From assembly GCA_949283025.1 (NCBI GenBank), contig CASDRB010000005.1:23588-87587 (forward strand): a stretch of DNA of 64,000 nucleotides, given 5' to 3'. The number at the start of each line of letters is the position of its first letter. The first letter of the stretch is position 1. Under the pieces are notes generated by a model that was not told the origin of the DNA, searched no databases, and was given only the letters and a program-made list of their open reading frames with translations. This document shows positions 52,827 through 62,799 of the stretch, piece after piece. This DNA is from an uncultured bacterium. GTDB taxonomy: Bacteria; Bacillota_I; Bacilli_A; RFN20; CAG-826. The translations under genes and the position numbers were made by a program.

Positions 52827-54633
52827 AATTATCGTCTATAGCCAAAATGCTCATAAACGCTTCTTGTGGCACTTCCACAGAACCAATTTTTTTCATTCGT
52901 TTTTTACCTTCTTTTTGCTTTTCAAGAAGCTTCTTTTTTCTAGTGATATCCCCACCATAACATTTTGCTAAAACATCTTTTCTAACAGCCTTAATATCTA
53001 CTCTTGCTATTATTTTTCCACCAATAGCGGCTTGAACAGGAACTTCAAATTGTTGTCTAGGAATTATATTTTTTAAATTTCTAATAATCGCTAATCCTCG
53101 ATTGTATGCGCTTGGTTTAAAAACAATCGATGTTAAGGCATCAATAATTTGACCATTTAATAAAATATCAAGTTTCGCTAGATTAGATATTTTATAATCA
53201 GACATTTCATAGTCAAGCGATGCGTATCCTTTTGTACACGATTTTAATTTGTCAAAAAAATTAAAAATTATCTCGCTTAAAGGTATTTCGTATGTCAAAG
53301 TCATTCTCGTATCATCAAAATATTCCATATCAAGATAAATGCCGCGCTTTTCTTGACACAATTCCATGATTGGACCAACATATTCTTTTGGCGACATTAT
53401 CAACGCTTTAACATATGGTTCTTCAATAGAAGAAACTGTCGTCATATCAGGCAATTTTGAAGGATTATCCAAATAGATGACATTCCCATTTGTCAAATTA
53501 ATTTTATAAATGACGCTCGGCGCTGTTAATACTAGATTTAAATCGTATTCTCTTTCAAGACGTTCTTGAACTACATCCATATGAAGCAATCCTAAAAAAC
53601 CACATCTAAAGCCAAATCCTAGGGCTTGTGATGTTTCAGCAACGAATTGCAGCGAGGAATCATTTAATGACAATTTTTCTAATGCATCTTTTAAATTTAA
53701 ATAATCATCGCTATCAACAGGATATAAACCGCAATATACCATCGGATTAATTTTTCGATATCCAGGAAGCGGACAATTAGTTTGTCGTTCTAACAATGTC
53801 ACAGTTTCTCCAGGGCGAACATCTTTAATATCTTTAATTTGGGCACATATATATCCAACTTGACCTACTTTTAAATTCTTTAATTTAAGTTCTTTTGGCG
53901 TTCTTATTCCTACCTCTGTAACTAGATATTCTTTTTTAGCAGCCATCAAAAAAATTTTATCGCCAACGTTGACTTCACCATCAAAAACTCTCACTAATAT
54001 GACGACCCCTCGATATGAATCGTAATAACTATCGAATATCAAAGCCTTAAAAGGCTTATTTTCATCTCCTATAGGCGATGGAATATCAGAAACAATTTTT
54101 TCCAAAACATCGTGAATATTTAATCCTGTTTTAGCACTTACTAAACAAGCGTCGCTGGCTGGTATTCCAATTCGATTTTCGATTTCTTGCTTTGCTAAAT
54201 CAATTTGGGCACTTGGTAAATCTATTTTATTAATGACAGGAATAATAGCTAAATCATTATCAATAGCTAAATAAACATTAGCTAACGTTTGAGCTTCTAC
54301 ACCTTGTGAGGCATCTACAACGAGCAATGCACCTTCACAAGCCGCCAATGATCTAGATACTTCATATGAAAAGTCAACATGCCCAGGAGTATCAATTAAA
54401 TTAAATATATAATCTTCTCCATCATCCGCATGATATTTTAAAGTCACAGCATTTAATTTTATGGTAATGCCCCTTTCCCTTTCAAGATCCATCGAATCAA
54501 GAAGTTGCTCTTTCATCTCTCGTTCTTGAATTGCTCCTGTTTGTTCTAAAATGCGATCTGCTAAGGTTGATTTACCATGATCGATATGAGCAATGATTGA
54601 AAAATTACGAATTTTGTTTTTATTAAATTCCAT
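52825..54633 (-). CDS. lepA: elongation factor 4 (LepA)
   Basis: G1 [18 protein letters not shown]. 602 aa. Confidence 0.93.
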   Translation of the reverse strand: MEFNKNKIRNFSIIAHIDHGKSTLADRILEQTGAIQEREMKEQLLDSMDLERERGITIKLNAVTLKYHADDGEDYIFNLIDTPGHVDFSYEVSRSLAACEGALLVVDASQGVEAQTLANVYLAIDNDLAIIPVINKIDLPSAQIDLAKQEIENRIGIPASDACLVSAKTGLNIHDVLEKIVSDIPSPIGDENKPFKALIFDSYYDSYRGVVILVRVFDGEVNVGDKIFLMAAKKEYLVTEVGIRTPKELKLKNLKVGQVGYICAQIKDIKDVRPGETVTLLERQTNCPLPGYRKINPMVYCGLYPVDSDDYLNLKDALEKLSLNDSSLQFVAETSQALGFGFRCGFLGLLHMDVVQERLEREYDLNLVLTAPSVIYKINLTNGNVIYLDNPSKLPDMTTVSSIEEPYVKALIMSPKEYVGPIMELCQEKRGIYLDMEYFDDTRMTLTYEIPLSEIIFNFFDKLKSCTKGYASLDYEMSDYKISNLAKLDILLNGQIIDALTSIVFKPSAYNRGLAIIRNLKNIIPRQQFEVPVQAAIGGKIIARVDIKAVRKDVLAKCYGGDITRKKKLLEKQKEGKKRMKKIGSVEVPQEAFMSILAIDDN

Positions 54634-54648
54634 GTGTAATAATATATA

Positions 54649-57000
54649 TTATTTTTTAAAAAAGTGCGATACTAATTTATCAATATCGTCGCAGTTAAAT
54701 ACAATCTTATAATTTTTCCATTCTTCTTTAAACAAATCTTGATATTTATTTAAAGTATAACGTTCATCAATCAACAATACTGCCCCGCGATCGTTTTCAC
54801 TTCTAATCACTCGACCGACAGCTTGCATTACTTTATTCATGCCAGGATTAACATAGGCATAATCTTTTCCTGGCAAATTTAAATTATCATATCTTGCGGC
54901 AATTTGATCTGAAACAAAATTGATTTTTGGCATCCCGACACCGATAATAACCGCTCCAATTAAACGATCAGAAACTAAATCTACACCTTCAGAAAAAGCT
55001 CCGCCTATCACAGCTAATCCAACCATTGTTTTTTTAGGTTCGTAAACAAAGTTATTTAAAAATTCTTCTTTTTTAACATCATCCATCTCTTTTTCTTGTT
55101 TGATTATTAAATATTCATCGCTTTGCAATAAAAAACTAAGATTTTCTAAATACTCATAAGATGGTGAAAAGACCAAATAATTCCCGATTTTATGAGAGAC
55201 AAAGGCTTTAATATATTCAGCAACTTGTTGATATGTATTTTTCCTATTAGCATATTTAATAGAAATTTTGGGCGCAATTAATAACAATAAATTATCGCTT
55301 GGAAAAGGTGAAGCAAGACTTAAATACGGCTCTTGCCTTTCTCCGCCAAGCAAATCGGCAAAATATTCAAAAGGCGATAGCGTAGCAGAAAAAAAGATGC
55401 TAGAATGAACTCTATTAGTAACTGATTTTAAAAATTTTGAGGCATCAAGACAAACCAAATTTATAGTTAAATCATTCTTCTTATCAGTTTTGTGGATATA
55501 TAAAATAAAGCACTCAGAATAATAATCAAATATTTTTAAAAATTTATTTACATCTAAGAAAAAATCATTCAATTCCGCACTTATTAATTCATGATGAGAT
55601 TTGCTCATATCTTGATATGCATTATAAAAACTTGATAATATCGTGTAAGTCTTTGGTAACAAATCATTTAAAATGGTATAACCATTTTTATATGTTCCGT
55701 CGTATTCTTTAAACATTTTGTTCAACTTTGTGAATGTTCTTTTGATGGGCTTATAATCAACCTTTGTTAAAGATTTTTTGGCTTTTTTAAAATTATAAAA
55801 TGAGATGTTGGATGAATACATTTCTTTTGAACGTTCAATTAAGTTATGAGCCTCATCAATCAATAAGTAATAATTAGATGCATCTTCATCAAAATATCGC
55901 TTCATGTAAACTAACGGGTCAAATACATAGTTGTAGTCGCATATGATGATATCGCAATATAAAGACAAATCTAATTCTAATTCAAATGGGCAAATATTAT
56001 TTTTTAAAGCGATATCAACAATAGTTTGAAAATCAAAATCAGTTTTGCTTAACAAAGATTCTTTTAGCACATCTTGAATTTTATTGTAATATCCAATAGC
56101 AAATGGACATTCATCAGGATTGCAACCCTTGCCTTGATTAAAGCAAATTTTGTCTTTAGCGGTAATTAAAATCTCATTAATTTTTAACCCATGTTTTTTT
56201 AAAATTAAAATAGCTTGATAAGCTGATTCTTTTCCAGAGTTTTTAGCTGTCAAATAAAATATGCGACCATCCTTATTTTTTTCTAATAATTTAATATTAG
56301 GAAACAATGTTGACATCGTCTTACCAATTCCGGTTGGAGCTTGAACAAACAATCTTCCACCTTTTTTACCAACTAAGTATGTATATTTTGCTAATTTTTT
56401 TTGACCTAAACGATAATTTATAAATGGGAATGTCAAAGTTTTAATTGAATTATTTCTTTCGTTTTGCTTTCTTAATAAAATTGCATAAAAATTCGTATAT
56501 GACTCAAATAATGAATAGACGTATTTTTTCACATCATTATATGTGACTCGGTATTGATCAACTAACTTGTCTTTATGTCCTTGGCGAAAATATGTTAAGC
56601 GAATTGACATTTCTTGAATTTTTCGCTCATCCATAAACATTAACGCATAGCATTTGGCCTGACCTAAATGCCACGATTTATTTTCGCTTGCGAATATACT
56701 TAATTCGGCAACCGTCGTTTTTATTTCATCTAATGTATATGTACCATCGTCATTGATAATTATTCCATCAGCGCGTCCTTGCAAAGTTATTTCATAATTA
56801 TCATATAAATATGTTTTTAACAAAGGATATTCGCTTAAATAATTATCACCTTGTCGGCTTTGATAATAACTATGTATTTTACTACCTTCACTCATCGATG
56901 TACGATTAAAAATGCGATTATCAATGTCGCCTTTTCGCAATAAAAAATCAACCAATTGGTGAACTGATAAGTTTAATTGAATATGCTCTTTTTCACTCAT
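54649..57000 (-). CDS. DinG/XPD-family FeS helicase with N-terminal PD-(D/E)xK (RecB/Cas4-like) nuclease domain
   Basis: N-terminus: GRADGII..LDEIKTT..QAKCYALMF (motifs II, III, QhxxY). Helicase: APTGIGKT, DEAHN, 4-Cys cluster (CFNQGKGCNPDECPF..C), QAVGRVIRSENDRG. Confidence 0.75.
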   Translation of the reverse strand: MSEKEHIQLNLSVHQLVDFLLRKGDIDNRIFNRTSMSEGSKIHSYYQSRQGDNYLSEYPLLKTYLYDNYEITLQGRADGIIINDDGTYTLDEIKTTVAELSIFASENKSWHLGQAKCYALMFMDERKIQEMSIRLTYFRQGHKDKLVDQYRVTYNDVKKYVYSLFESYTNFYAILLRKQNERNNSIKTLTFPFINYRLGQKKLAKYTYLVGKKGGRLFVQAPTGIGKTMSTLFPNIKLLEKNKDGRIFYLTAKNSGKESAYQAILILKKHGLKINEILITAKDKICFNQGKGCNPDECPFAIGYYNKIQDVLKESLLSKTDFDFQTIVDIALKNNICPFELELDLSLYCDIIICDYNYVFDPLVYMKRYFDEDASNYYLLIDEAHNLIERSKEMYSSNISFYNFKKAKKSLTKVDYKPIKRTFTKLNKMFKEYDGTYKNGYTILNDLLPKTYTILSSFYNAYQDMSKSHHELISAELNDFFLDVNKFLKIFDYYSECFILYIHKTDKKNDLTINLVCLDASKFLKSVTNRVHSSIFFSATLSPFEYFADLLGGERQEPYLSLASPFPSDNLLLLIAPKISIKYANRKNTYQQVAEYIKAFVSHKIGNYLVFSPSYEYLENLSFLLQSDEYLIIKQEKEMDDVKKEEFLNNFVYEPKKTMVGLAVIGGAFSEGVDLVSDRLIGAVIIGVGMPKINFVSDQIAARYDNLNLPGKDYAYVNPGMNKVMQAVGRVIRSENDRGAVLLIDERYTLNKYQDLFKEEWKNYKIVFNCDDIDKLVSHFFKK

Positions 57001-57004
57001 AAAC

Positions 57005-57943
57005 CTAATTTAAAACAATATTTTCTAAATTGTGAAAACCATTTAAAAACGATGATGCATCCATCATTTTTTTGCCTTCCAAATGAACTTCTAACAATTT
57101 AATTTGTCCATCCTTTAATTGAACAATCAAATCTTTTTTTCTTGCTTTAATAATTTGTCCAATAGATCCTTGAATCAAGTTTGAATAATAACACGCTTTT
57201 AAAATTTTAAATTTTAAATTATTTAAATAAACATATCCCCCGGGTTCATATGATAAGCCTTTAATCCAACCCAAAAATTCATAACATGGTAGATTCAAAT
57301 CTAATTTTTCTTGGTCAGGCTTAATCAAATTTGCAAAAGTTACTTTATTTTCGTCTTGCTTTACGCCAACTAATTCACCATTTAAATATTTTGGAAGAGC
57401 CTCTAAAATCAATTCTTCAGCGGCTTGACCCATTTTTTTAAATAATGTAGTTGCATTATCGTCATCATCAATATTCACAACTTTTTTTGCATACATTTCT
57501 CCGGCATCCATTTCTTTTACCATCTTCATCAAAGTCATTCCGGTTCGTTTTTTATTTTGGATTAAAGCATATTGAATTGGCGCAGCGCCTCTTAATTCTG
57601 GCAATAATGAACCATGCAAGTTAATGCAGCCAAGTTTTGGTATATCTAAAAATGATTGAGGAACAATTTTCCCATACGCACATGTGATAATGACATCTGG
57701 ATTTAATTGTTGAACTTGTTGTAAGCAATCTTTCATTTTCAAAGGTTGCAAACACAATATATTATGTTTTAAAGCTAACAATTTAGTTGGAGGCGGTGTC
57801 ATAATTGCTTTTCTGCCTATCGGTTTATCAGCTTGGCAAATCAAAGCGATAACTTGATAACCTTCCTGTATTAAACCTTCTAATACATTTTTTGCAATCT
57901 CGGGTGTTCCCATAAAAATTATGCGCGCATCTTTTTTATCCAT
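57005..57943 (-). CDS. fmt: methionyl-tRNA formyltransferase
   Basis: RIIFMGTPEIA N-terminus, HGSLLPELRGAAPIQ. Start moved to MDKKDAR (TGAGGT SD). Confidence 0.88.
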   Translation of the reverse strand: MDKKDARIIFMGTPEIAKNVLEGLIQEGYQVIALICQADKPIGRKAIMTPPPTKLLALKHNILCLQPLKMKDCLQQVQQLNPDVIITCAYGKIVPQSFLDIPKLGCINLHGSLLPELRGAAPIQYALIQNKKRTGMTLMKMVKEMDAGEMYAKKVVNIDDDDNATTLFKKMGQAAEELILEALPKYLNGELVGVKQDENKVTFANLIKPDQEKLDLNLPCYEFLGWIKGLSYEPGGYVYLNNLKFKILKACYYSNLIQGSIGQIIKARKKDLIVQLKDGQIKLLEVHLEGKKMMDASSFLNGFHNLENIVLN

Positions 57944-58046
57944 TATTAAAACCTCAATATTATTATAATATACTACCAATCAATTTTATCTAAAACATTA
58001 ATGTTTAATGCAAAATTCAAAAAAAGAAATATTATTTAAATTTTTG

Positions 58047-58076
58047 TTGATATATTTTTTATTTTGGTCATATAAT
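58047..58076 (+). promoter_or_regulatory. putative sigma-A promoter of the lipoprotein gene (TTGATA-N18-TATAAT)
   Basis: Read by eye. Lies 35 nt upstream of the AGGAGGG SD. Confidence 0.4.
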
Positions 58077-58111
58077 CATTTCATAAATATCCATCATATA
58101 GGAGGGAAGAT

Positions 58112-59860
58112 ATGAAAATGAAATTTTTGCCAATCGTCGGTATTGGCACTTTGGTGTTTTCATTATTAGCTAGTTGCTCTACTAATAATGCTACATCGCA
58201 CTCATCAGATGGCGGAACAAATACATCAACATCTCATCCGCAACCAACATTTGAACAAAAAATTCTCGATCAATTGCAAGGAGAATTAGCAACATCTGGG
58301 ACAACGCATTGTTTAGATCAAGTTGAATCTTGGGGATATGTTATTTTAGACAAAAGCTTACAAGAGCAAGCCTATGTTAACGATGAAAAAACTTATGCCT
58401 ATCAACGAGAATTAGAAAGCGGAGTCTCGATTTGGGACGCAATATATCTAAAAGATGATGAAGGATATATGTACCAATCTTACTTGACAACCATGAATAC
58501 TGTTGAAAATGTTTATATGACATATTCATCAGATAATTCAAAAATAAAGTTCGATGAATTAGCTATCAATCCTTTCAACTTGTTAAATGCATCCAATTTA
58601 ATAGTTGACGATGTCCATAAAACTATTTCAATATCGTGCGATAATGAAATATTTGAATTGGCACTATCGTGGTTAATTTGTGGTTATGAATTTGATGTCG
58701 CTAGCACTACATTATCTTACGATGAAAAAGGTAATGTTACTAGATTAGAGGTTGTTTCCGAAGTTATGCAATTAGAAGAATGGGGGCCAGGAGAATACGA
58801 AACCATTCAATATGATTATGCAGGAAACTTTGTGACTGCCGAAGAATTAAATTTGCCTAGCATTCCACAAGTTATGCCCCATAAAAAAGAACACGATGCA
58901 CTGAATGAAATGTTTGAAAAATTGCAACAAAATAATTATTATTTTGAATATTCTTTAACTCCATTTGGAACTGGTGATTGGACTGGTGATTATTATGGTA
59001 CCGTTACTCCAACTGGAATGGATTTAAATTATGGAGAAAAGCATCGCGGTTGGGTTGAAACAGATGATGGATTAGTCCCTTACACACGAGCAGAAAACAA
59101 CGGAAAATATGTGATGCAATATGAAAACGATCCATATCAAGGCACATCTTTAGAAGAACAATTTTTGCCTTCGTTTGATACATATGCAGCTGAAGTTTTC
59201 ACTTATGAAGGAGATGGCGTTTATCGTTTAACCGGCAATTCTGGACTTTATGTAGCTGATTCATTAAAAGAAATTATGGTCGATTCGATGATTGAAACAA
59301 TATATCCTTCAATTAGCGACGGACAATTGACATTTACATTAAATGATAATACATTAACTATTAAATATCGTTCGTATTTGTATCAATTTGATTATGAAGC
59401 AATTATTTCAAAAATTGGAACAGCTACTTTCCCTTATAATCAAAGCGAAGCTTTACCTTTTGTGGCACCAAGTTCATGGAATGAATTAGATCCAGATTTC
59501 TTTGAATTTATATTTATGGTTGACCCTGATGTTCCAGAAAATATCGCTGATATTATGCCTTATTTTTGGCCTATTCATGGTTGGACTATTGTCGGCATGT
59601 CTTGGGCAAGTGATGTCTATGGTCCATGCGTCTATGTTGGTTGGGAGGGCATCAGTCAAGCTGAAGCGGATAAATTTGTCGAAACGTTTGAAAAGACATT
59701 TACTGAACTTGGCTATATAGAAGGCGAATACGATGAGACTTTAGAATTACAATATTGGCGCAACGAAACAACCGGAGAAGTAGTTAGTTATTCAGTATAT
59801 TACGATGAAAATAGCAAATCTGCTTACGCGGAATATGGTTACTACTACACCGCCAATTAA
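58112..59860 (+). CDS. large secreted lipoprotein, function unknown
   Basis: Signal peptide plus lipobox LLASC. 582 aa, rich in Y/W/D/E. Visibly higher G+C than the surrounding sequence. Confidence 0.7.
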   Translation: MKMKFLPIVGIGTLVFSLLASCSTNNATSHSSDGGTNTSTSHPQPTFEQKILDQLQGELATSGTTHCLDQVESWGYVILDKSLQEQAYVNDEKTYAYQRELESGVSIWDAIYLKDDEGYMYQSYLTTMNTVENVYMTYSSDNSKIKFDELAINPFNLLNASNLIVDDVHKTISISCDNEIFELALSWLICGYEFDVASTTLSYDEKGNVTRLEVVSEVMQLEEWGPGEYETIQYDYAGNFVTAEELNLPSIPQVMPHKKEHDALNEMFEKLQQNNYYFEYSLTPFGTGDWTGDYYGTVTPTGMDLNYGEKHRGWVETDDGLVPYTRAENNGKYVMQYENDPYQGTSLEEQFLPSFDTYAAEVFTYEGDGVYRLTGNSGLYVADSLKEIMVDSMIETIYPSISDGQLTFTLNDNTLTIKYRSYLYQFDYEAIISKIGTATFPYNQSEALPFVAPSSWNELDPDFFEFIFMVDPDVPENIADIMPYFWPIHGWTIVGMSWASDVYGPCVYVGWEGISQAEADKFVETFEKTFTELGYIEGEYDETLELQYWRNETTGEVVSYSVYYDENSKSAYAEYGYYYTAN

Positions 59861-59979
59861 CAAAATAGTTAATAAAATAAAAAACCGATAGATTTGTATC
59901 AGACCAATTAAGGATTTTTTATCTAATGTCTAAACACTTATAAGGCTAGAACTTTTTTACTAAGATATTGCATAATTTC

Positions 59980-61209
59980 TTAAGATAAAAATAAATCATT
60001 TTTATGAGTCAAAAAATCAATAATATTTAAATGCGTAATTCCATTTCTAGACATATCAATTGTATCAAGGCTTAAAACATATTTAGGGGATGCATCTTTA
60101 ATCGGTGAAAAGGCGTCGAATTCTCTTGCTATTGTTTCCTCGCTTTCCATTACATATGCAACTTGAATAAAGCACTTTTTACCATTCTTAATTACAACAA
60201 AATCAACTTCTCCTTTATATGTTTTACCAACATATACTTCATATCCTCTAGATAGCAATTCAACACATATTAAGTTTTCTAAAAATCTTCCACGATCATA
60301 ATTGTTCGAGTTGGAATTTATTATTCTCATTCCATTATCAATAGCGTAATATTTTGGATTAGATTTAAGAATTTGTTTTCCAGAAATATTGTATCGATAT
60401 ATAGGTTTTATCAAAAATGATTTTTCCATCCTATCAAGATAGTTATATATTGATTTTATTGAACAGTACTCTGCCCCACCATTATTAGATTTTAAATAAT
60501 TATATATTGATTCTGGATTAAACTCATTTCCAGCGTTTAGTAAAACATACGATGCTATTTTGTTGAATTTTATCTTTTCTATTTCTGCATCTCTTGAAAA
60601 TATATCTTTTTCACAAATATTGTTATACAATTCATTTAAATAAGATTTGACATCATCTTTCGATTCTAAATTAAATCTAAAAGGATAGCCGCCTAACTCT
60701 AAAAAGTCAGCAAAGTCATTAATTAATTGATTCCCTAATTCTTTTTTATATTGTTCGCTTTCTTCAAAGCAAAAAGGATAGATACTAAATTCAATTATCC
60801 TTCCCGTAAGTAATGTAGATATTTCAGATGATAACATTTTGGAATTTGAACCAGTAATAAATATAGAGCAATCAAAAGACACTCTAAAAGAATTTATAGC
60901 TTTTTCAAATCCTGATACATGTTGAATTTCATCAAAAAAAAGATATTGTTTGTTTGTTCCTTTGTGTTCTTTTACATATGTATTTAGTTTCTTATAATCA
61001 GATATTTCTTCGAAATCCAAATTTTCGAAGTTTATGTAGAGTATATCTTGTTCATCGACTCCTTTTTCCTTAAGTTCATTAATAATTAACTCTAGCACTT
61101 TTGATTTACCAGCTCTTCTAGAACCTACTAAAACTTTAATAATATCCAAATCATAAAAAGGACGTATTTTTTCTAAACATCTTTCTCTTTTAAGTAACAT
61201 TGCAATCAC
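59980..61209 (-). CDS. AAA+ ATPase of the DUF4143/COG1373 type
   Basis: Walker A (GSRRAGKSKVL), Walker B (LFFDEIQH), characteristic C-terminal domain. 409 aa. Confidence 0.7.
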   Translation of the reverse strand: MIAMLLKRERCLEKIRPFYDLDIIKVLVGSRRAGKSKVLELIINELKEKGVDEQDILYINFENLDFEEISDYKKLNTYVKEHKGTNKQYLFFDEIQHVSGFEKAINSFRVSFDCSIFITGSNSKMLSSEISTLLTGRIIEFSIYPFCFEESEQYKKELGNQLINDFADFLELGGYPFRFNLESKDDVKSYLNELYNNICEKDIFSRDAEIEKIKFNKIASYVLLNAGNEFNPESIYNYLKSNNGGAEYCSIKSIYNYLDRMEKSFLIKPIYRYNISGKQILKSNPKYYAIDNGMRIINSNSNNYDRGRFLENLICVELLSRGYEVYVGKTYKGEVDFVVIKNGKKCFIQVAYVMESEETIAREFDAFSPIKDASPKYVLSLDTIDMSRNGITHLNIIDFLTHKNDLFLS

Positions 61210-61448
61210 CTCGTTTGTATTATATCAATAACTTTCAAAAATAACAAATATTTTTAATTTTTGTAAAATAAGCACATTGTTGAATCTATTATATTTATTT
61301 ATCCCTAACGGGCTTGATACTTCTCTATCGGTTTTATTTCTGCTTAAAATCGTTGCTAAATATTTAATATATTATCCGATTTGTTTTGCTAAATTTTTTA
61401 ATACTCAAGGCCAATTTATATTCTATATAAACAATAATTATTTTTATA

Positions 61449-61477
61449 TTGATAAAGACTTATTTTTTTGATATGAT
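61449..61477 (+). promoter_or_regulatory. putative rpsT promoter (TTGATA-N17-TGaTATGAT, extended -10)
   Basis: Read by eye. Lies 33 nt upstream of the rpsT ATG. Confidence 0.5.
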
Positions 61478-61509
61478 ACTAAACGTTAAACAATAAAAGG
61501 AAAAAGACT

Positions 61510-61773
61510 ATGGCTAATATTAAATCTCAAATCAAAAGAATTGAAACAAATGAAAAAGCTCGTCAACGCAACGCGGCAGTCAAAAGTTCAGTTCGCACCG
61601 CTATTAAAAAAGTAAGAAAAGCTGTCGAAGCTAAAGATTTAGCTAATGCTACTGAATTATTAAATAAAGCCTATACTTTAATCGATAAATCAGTAACAAA
61701 AGGTGTGTATACAAAAAATACTGCGGCTCGTAAAAAAGCAGAAATTGCTCGTTTGGTTGATTCAATCAAATAA
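61510..61773 (+). CDS. rpsT: 30S ribosomal protein S20
   Basis: 87 aa. MANIKSQIKR..RQRNAAVKS, typical S20. Convergent with holA as in B. subtilis. Confidence 0.92.
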   Translation: MANIKSQIKRIETNEKARQRNAAVKSSVRTAIKKVRKAVEAKDLANATELLNKAYTLIDKSVTKGVYTKNTAARKKAEIARLVDSIK

Positions 61774-61776
61774 AAA

Positions 61777-62775
61777 TTATTTTATTTGAAAATTAATTAA
61801 AAACAATTCAAATCCAATAAAGCGGTCAATTTGGCCGCTTTTAATTTGATAATCCAAATTATAAAGGCAATCTAAAGTTTCTAACAAATCGTCTAATGTC
61901 ATCATATACATATATTTTTTTAATATGCGAACACGAACTTCTTTTATTTTTAATTTATCTGCTATTTCTTGACTTGTTAAACTTGACTTATGCAAAAAAG
62001 CAATTTGCCATAAAAGCCTAAATTGATTTCCTAACATTGATATTAATGTGACAGGTTCTACACCATCAACAAGCAAATTTTTAAAAATTTTGATTGCTTC
62101 ATCATTTTTTTTATTCATTAAATGATTAAAAATTTCAAAAGCGTTTTCATCCAATGGTTTGCTAACTAAACGACATACATCATCATAAGTAATATGGCTG
62201 TCATATAATGATAATTTATTAGCTTCATTTAAAAATATATTTAAATCTCCATTTATTCTATTAGCTAATTCAACAATGGCATCGTTATCAATTTTTATGT
62301 GCAGCGTTTCATTAAAATATTTATAAATATAAGTATTCCAATCATTTTTTCCAACGCTTAATAACTGAAAAATTTTCCCTTTTTCTGCAATTAATTTGTA
62401 TAGATCTGATTTTTCATCTACACTTTCGTCATTTAATGTTAAAACCAAATCACAATTTTCATTAGGCTGTTTTAAAAAAGATATTAAAGACGCAAAATCT
62501 TGCTTATCGTCATTTTTGTTTTTACCTTTTATTTTTTTCAAAAAATAACAATCTTCAGCAACAATCAACTTATGCTCATATCCTAATGGCATGTAAGAGG
62601 CTTCTAATATCACGTCTTGAATCAAAGCATAATTCATGTCAAATTTAACAAAATTCATAGCGTCAACAAAATCTAAACGTTCTTTAACAATTTTGTTCAA
62701 TCGATTTTTTATCATTACACTTTGTTGGCCATAAATTAAATAAATCATATATTTATTATATAAAATTATAATCAA
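61777..62775 (-). CDS. holA: DNA polymerase III delta subunit
   Basis: N-terminus (M)IYLIYGQQ resembles HolA (VYCLYGKETYL). Conserved position next to rpsT. The true start may be ATG 62748, because a terminator hairpin overlaps 62775. Confidence 0.65.
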   Translation of the reverse strand: MIIILYNKYMIYLIYGQQSVMIKNRLNKIVKERLDFVDAMNFVKFDMNYALIQDVILEASYMPLGYEHKLIVAEDCYFLKKIKGKNKNDDKQDFASLISFLKQPNENCDLVLTLNDESVDEKSDLYKLIAEKGKIFQLLSVGKNDWNTYIYKYFNETLHIKIDNDAIVELANRINGDLNIFLNEANKLSLYDSHITYDDVCRLVSKPLDENAFEIFNHLMNKKNDEAIKIFKNLLVDGVEPVTLISMLGNQFRLLWQIAFLHKSSLTSQEIADKLKIKEVRVRILKKYMYMMTLDDLLETLDCLYNLDYQIKSGQIDRFIGFELFLINFQIK

Positions 62776-62797
62776 AATAAAAAGCCCACATGGGCTT
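62771..62797 (-). terminator. intrinsic terminator after the hydrogenase-like gene
   Basis: AAGCCC-ACAT-GGGCTT hairpin directly after the stop at 62800, followed by TTTATTTT on the minus strand. Confidence 0.5.
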
Positions 62798-62799
62798 AT

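Noticed and set aside
61277-61471. 64-aa ORF in the AAA-ATPase/rpsT intergenic region
   Set aside because: Overlaps the rpsT promoter, has no SD, and its hydrophobic composition is typical of an AT-rich frame. Treated as non-coding.
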